Part shown: positions 63,272 to 64,000 of the stretch, piece by piece | Numbering within the stretch: the first letter of the stretch is position 1 | How the letters are laid out: every line of letters begins with the position of its first letter | Source: Nymphaea colorata | Taxonomy: Eukaryota | Direction: 5' to 3' | NCBI RefSeq assembly: GCF_008831285.2 | Contig: NC_045138.2 | Span: 21,638,001-21,702,000 of the forward strand | DNA length: 64,000 nucleotides | Translations under genes and position numbers: made by a program | Notes under the pieces: model-generated | Seen by the model: the letters and a program-made list of their open reading frames with translations, nothing else | The model's database searches: none | Told to the model about the DNA's origin: nothing

Positions 63272-64000
63272 TCAGTTCACTAAAGATGTCGATGATGAAA
63301 AATTTTGTTCTGGGTTCATCGCAGAAACAGAGGAACCAAATGCTTTGAAAGAAGGAAAAGAAGAGAGTGGTTGTGCTGAAGCTGCCATGGTCGAAAGCGC
63401 ACTCACAACACTTGCACTGTTACTCCTGTAGCTGGGAGCCGCATCTATGGGACTTGGAGTAGGGGGATTCTCCATAACAAGTATCCCTTCCAGCATCTGC
63501 ACTACCTTCCCCATATGCGGCCGTTGAGACGGCTGCTCCTGTATGCACCAGAAGCTCACCTGTACCGCCCTCAGCACCTGCTCCATATCTGCCTGCTTCA
63601 AGATTCTATTGTCTACGATCCTTTCAATGTTTCCTCTCTCAAACTCCTCAAAGGCCCAAGAAGAGAATTTCTTCATACCAGTCTCCTCACTCACATCAAA
63701 GTTTCTGTGCCCGCTGATCATCTCCAACAACACCATCCCGAAGCTATAAACATCAGATTTGGACGTGATGGGAAGATTGGCACGCCATTCTGGAGCCAAG
63801 TACCCCCTTGTTCCCCTGACGCTGGTTAAAGTTCGATACTGATTGTCCTTGTGATTGATAAGCTTAGCCAGGCCGAAATCGGAGACCTTGGCATTGTAGT
63901 TATCGTCCAAAAGAATGTTTTCCGGCTTGATGTCGCAGTGAACGATGCAATCTCTGCACTCCTCGTGCAAGTACGTGATCCCCCTTGCAGTGCCTAATGC
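63272..64000 (-). CDS. Receptor-like Ser/Thr kinase C-terminus, most like G-type lectin S-domain-2 kinases (At1g34300-like); 5' part outside the window
   Basis: Frame is open from the window edge (243 codons incl. stop): ALGTARGITYLHEECRDCIVHCDIKPENILLD...DFGLAKL...VRGTRGYLAPEW...ITSKSDVYSFGMVLLE...WCIQEQPSQRPHMGKVVQMLEG. Intronless non-RD (HCD) kinase domain typical of SD-2 RLKs. The ectodomain is not visible, so the subfamily is inferred. Confidence 0.93.
   Translation of the reverse strand, partial: ALGTARGITYLHEECRDCIVHCDIKPENILLDDNYNAKVSDFGLAKLINHKDNQYRTLTSVRGTRGYLAPEWRANLPITSKSDVYSFGMVLLEMISGHRNFDVSEETGMKKFSSWAFEEFERGNIERIVDNRILKQADMEQVLRAVQVSFWCIQEQPSQRPHMGKVVQMLEGILVMENPPTPSPIDAAPSYRSNSASVVSALSTMAASAQPLSSFPSFKAFGSSVSAMNPEQNFSSSTSLVN

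Noticed and set aside
1..64000. DUF247 + GASA cysteine-rich peptide + S-domain kinase as a self-incompatibility-like locus
   Set aside because: The genes are tens of kb apart and interleaved with TCP and PsbS. All three families are large, the kinase is SD-2 non-RD rather than SRK-like, and GASA is not an SCR-type ligand. Nothing in the sequence links them.

Overview
Gene-poor, repeat-rich flowering-plant nuclear DNA with spliceosomal introns, MITEs, retroelement remnants and compound (AT)n/(AG)n microsatellites. Five protein-coding genes are supported: (1) the 5' end of a DUF247/UPF0481 gene running off the left edge (- strand, ATG 334, missing from the ORF track); (2) a class I TCP factor most like TCP8 (- strand, 21280-22788, single coding exon, probable introns in both UTRs); (3) a 4-exon GASA/snakin secreted peptide (- strand, 38137-40646, 113 aa); (4) a 4-exon PsbS gene (+ strand, 58428-59788, 280 aa); (5) the kinase C-terminus of an S-domain (SD-2)-type receptor kinase entering from the right edge (- strand, 63272->64000). 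Mobile DNA includes a decayed Copia element with 5' LTR and PBS, an LTR + PPT of a second apparently non-coding retroelement, a 5'-truncated L1 LINE, many hAT- and Tourist-type MITEs and a possible CACTA end. I cannot support a clearly new biological system. The best leads are a probable spliced non-coding transcript or very long 5' leader upstream of the DUF247 gene, UTR introns and a TCP site in the TCP gene, a 40-bp palindrome centred on a TCP site inside an LTR, and repeated duplication of one terminus in three unrelated MITEs. All splice, motif and family calls were made by eye; no alignment or search was run.
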